DNA from: a virus
Lineage: Duplodnaviria; Heunggongvirae; Uroviricota; Caudoviricetes
Virus record (IMG/VR): IMGVR_UViG_2687453188_000002
DNA: 47,998 bases
Direction: 5' to 3' (one strand)
A program made the translations under genes and the position numbers. Under the pieces are notes generated by a model. That model worked only from the letters and a program-made list of their open reading frames with translations, searched no databases and had not been told where the DNA came from. This document shows, piece by piece, positions 47,354-47,998 of this stretch. Positions within the stretch are counted from its first letter, which is position 1. Every line of letters starts with the position of its first letter.

Positions 47354-47614
47354 TCAGATTTTGGGAAATCCATATTTTTCCCGTGCGCGGTTACATGCTT
47401 CATTCGCGATGCCATTTTCTCCGGACATTGCGAATTCCCTGCATGTGGACGGACGGTTTTTGTAAACAGAGCAATATGCGTTTTCACCCGGAGTTCCCGC
47501 CAGAGCGACTGACCGGAACCTTTCCGCCAGCATCGTCAGCGTCTGCCCAGTAAAAAGAGACGCGGAAAATGCACAACAGGCACCACACGTCATGCATGGA
47601 TTCAGATTGCTCAT
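47354..47614 (-). CDS. YkgJ-family Cys-cluster protein (CxxCxxCC)
   Basis: 86 aa. N-terminal [16 protein letters not shown] and C-terminal [13 protein letters not shown]...EACNRAR resemble E. coli YkgJ as I recall it. Confidence 0.55.
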   Translation of the reverse strand: MSNLNPCMTCGACCAFSASLFTGQTLTMLAERFRSVALAGTPGENAYCSVYKNRPSTCREFAMSGENGIANEACNRAREKYGFPKI

Positions 47615-47749
47615 AATTCACCAGTACAGCTATAAATCGTAAAGAGAACAGCGGTACATCGTATGTAAGAACGTACCGCGGCTGGCTGGTGAACTTCCGA
47701 TAGTGCGAGTATTGAATGATTTCCAGCCGTTACAGATTTTACGTGCTAA

Positions 47750-47998
47750 TTAGTGAACAAACCACTCGTCAGCAGACTCCCAGGTATCTTTCAGAGTTTC
47801 CTGAACAAAAGTTTTAGCTGAATCTTTATCGGCGGTGCGCGTAACAGAAAGGCCATCGTTGCTGGTAGCTTTTACGATCACCTCTACATCGTCATAACGT
47901 TTACTGATGCGTCGGGTTAATTCTTCCTTTAACGCATCCACAGCACCGGTTGGCATTTTAGTCATTTTTTCTTTGGCTATGCAGATTTCAATACGCAT
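47750..47998 (-). CDS. dinI: DinI-family DNA-damage-inducible protein
   Basis: 82 aa ([11 protein letters not shown] ... [14 protein letters not shown] ... [11 protein letters not shown]) with the DinI pattern. ATG at the last 3 nt of the window, so its promoter lies outside. Confidence 0.75.
   Translation of the reverse strand: MRIEICIAKEKMTKMPTGAVDALKEELTRRISKRYDDVEVIVKATSNDGLSVTRTADKDSAKTFVQETLKDTWESADEWFVH

Noticed and set aside
1-47998. CRISPR arrays, rRNA genes, IS elements or transposases
   Set aside because: No regularly spaced short direct repeats with unique spacers, no rRNA-like sequence, and no transposase-like ORF or terminal inverted repeats were seen on reading. The only repeat arrays are the O-gene iterons and the collagen-like tract, both explained.

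Overview
This window is almost entirely one lambda-like (lambdoid) prophage of an Escherichia/enterobacterial type, read left to right as: integrase and excisionase (minus strand), a minus-strand early-left operon of small phage proteins, the immunity region (cI repressor divergent from cro and a cII-like gene, flanked by TTGC-N7-GCAA operator palindromes), an O-like replication gene with internal iterons, a nin-like block (Dam-type methyltransferase, LexA-DNA-binding-domain-only protein, RusA, a KilA-N gene preceded by a perfect LexA box, a DUF968-like protein, a small Q-type antiterminator), then an AT-rich two-gene insertion on the opposite strand, a second DNA methyltransferase, three tRNA genes, a nanS-p-like esterase, a phage-21-type lysis cassette (pinholin, SAR endolysin, Rz/Rz1) interrupted by extra ORFs, a lambda cos site, and a lambda-like head and tail module (Nu1, A, W, B, C, D, E, FI, FII, Z, U, V, G/GT, H, M, L, K, I, J), lom, a collagen-repeat tail fibre, and ykgJ-like and dinI-like genes at the right edge. 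Assignments rest on reading the translated ORFs against remembered protein families; no database search or computation was run, so identities are recollection-based and starts are by eye. The strongest candidate for an undescribed system is the AT-rich cassette at 15294-16755: a 308-aa soluble protein translationally coupled to a 182-aa multi-pass membrane protein, wedged convergently 12 bp after the Q antiterminator gene, with an architecture like two-component abortive-infection modules but no motif I can place in a known family. Secondary points of interest are the SOS-linked module (LexA box plus a LexA DNA-binding domain lacking its peptidase domain), the tRNA/nanS-p locus with no toxin genes, and cargo ORFs inside the lysis cassette and in the Rz-cos interval. 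No CRISPR array, rRNA or transposase was seen.
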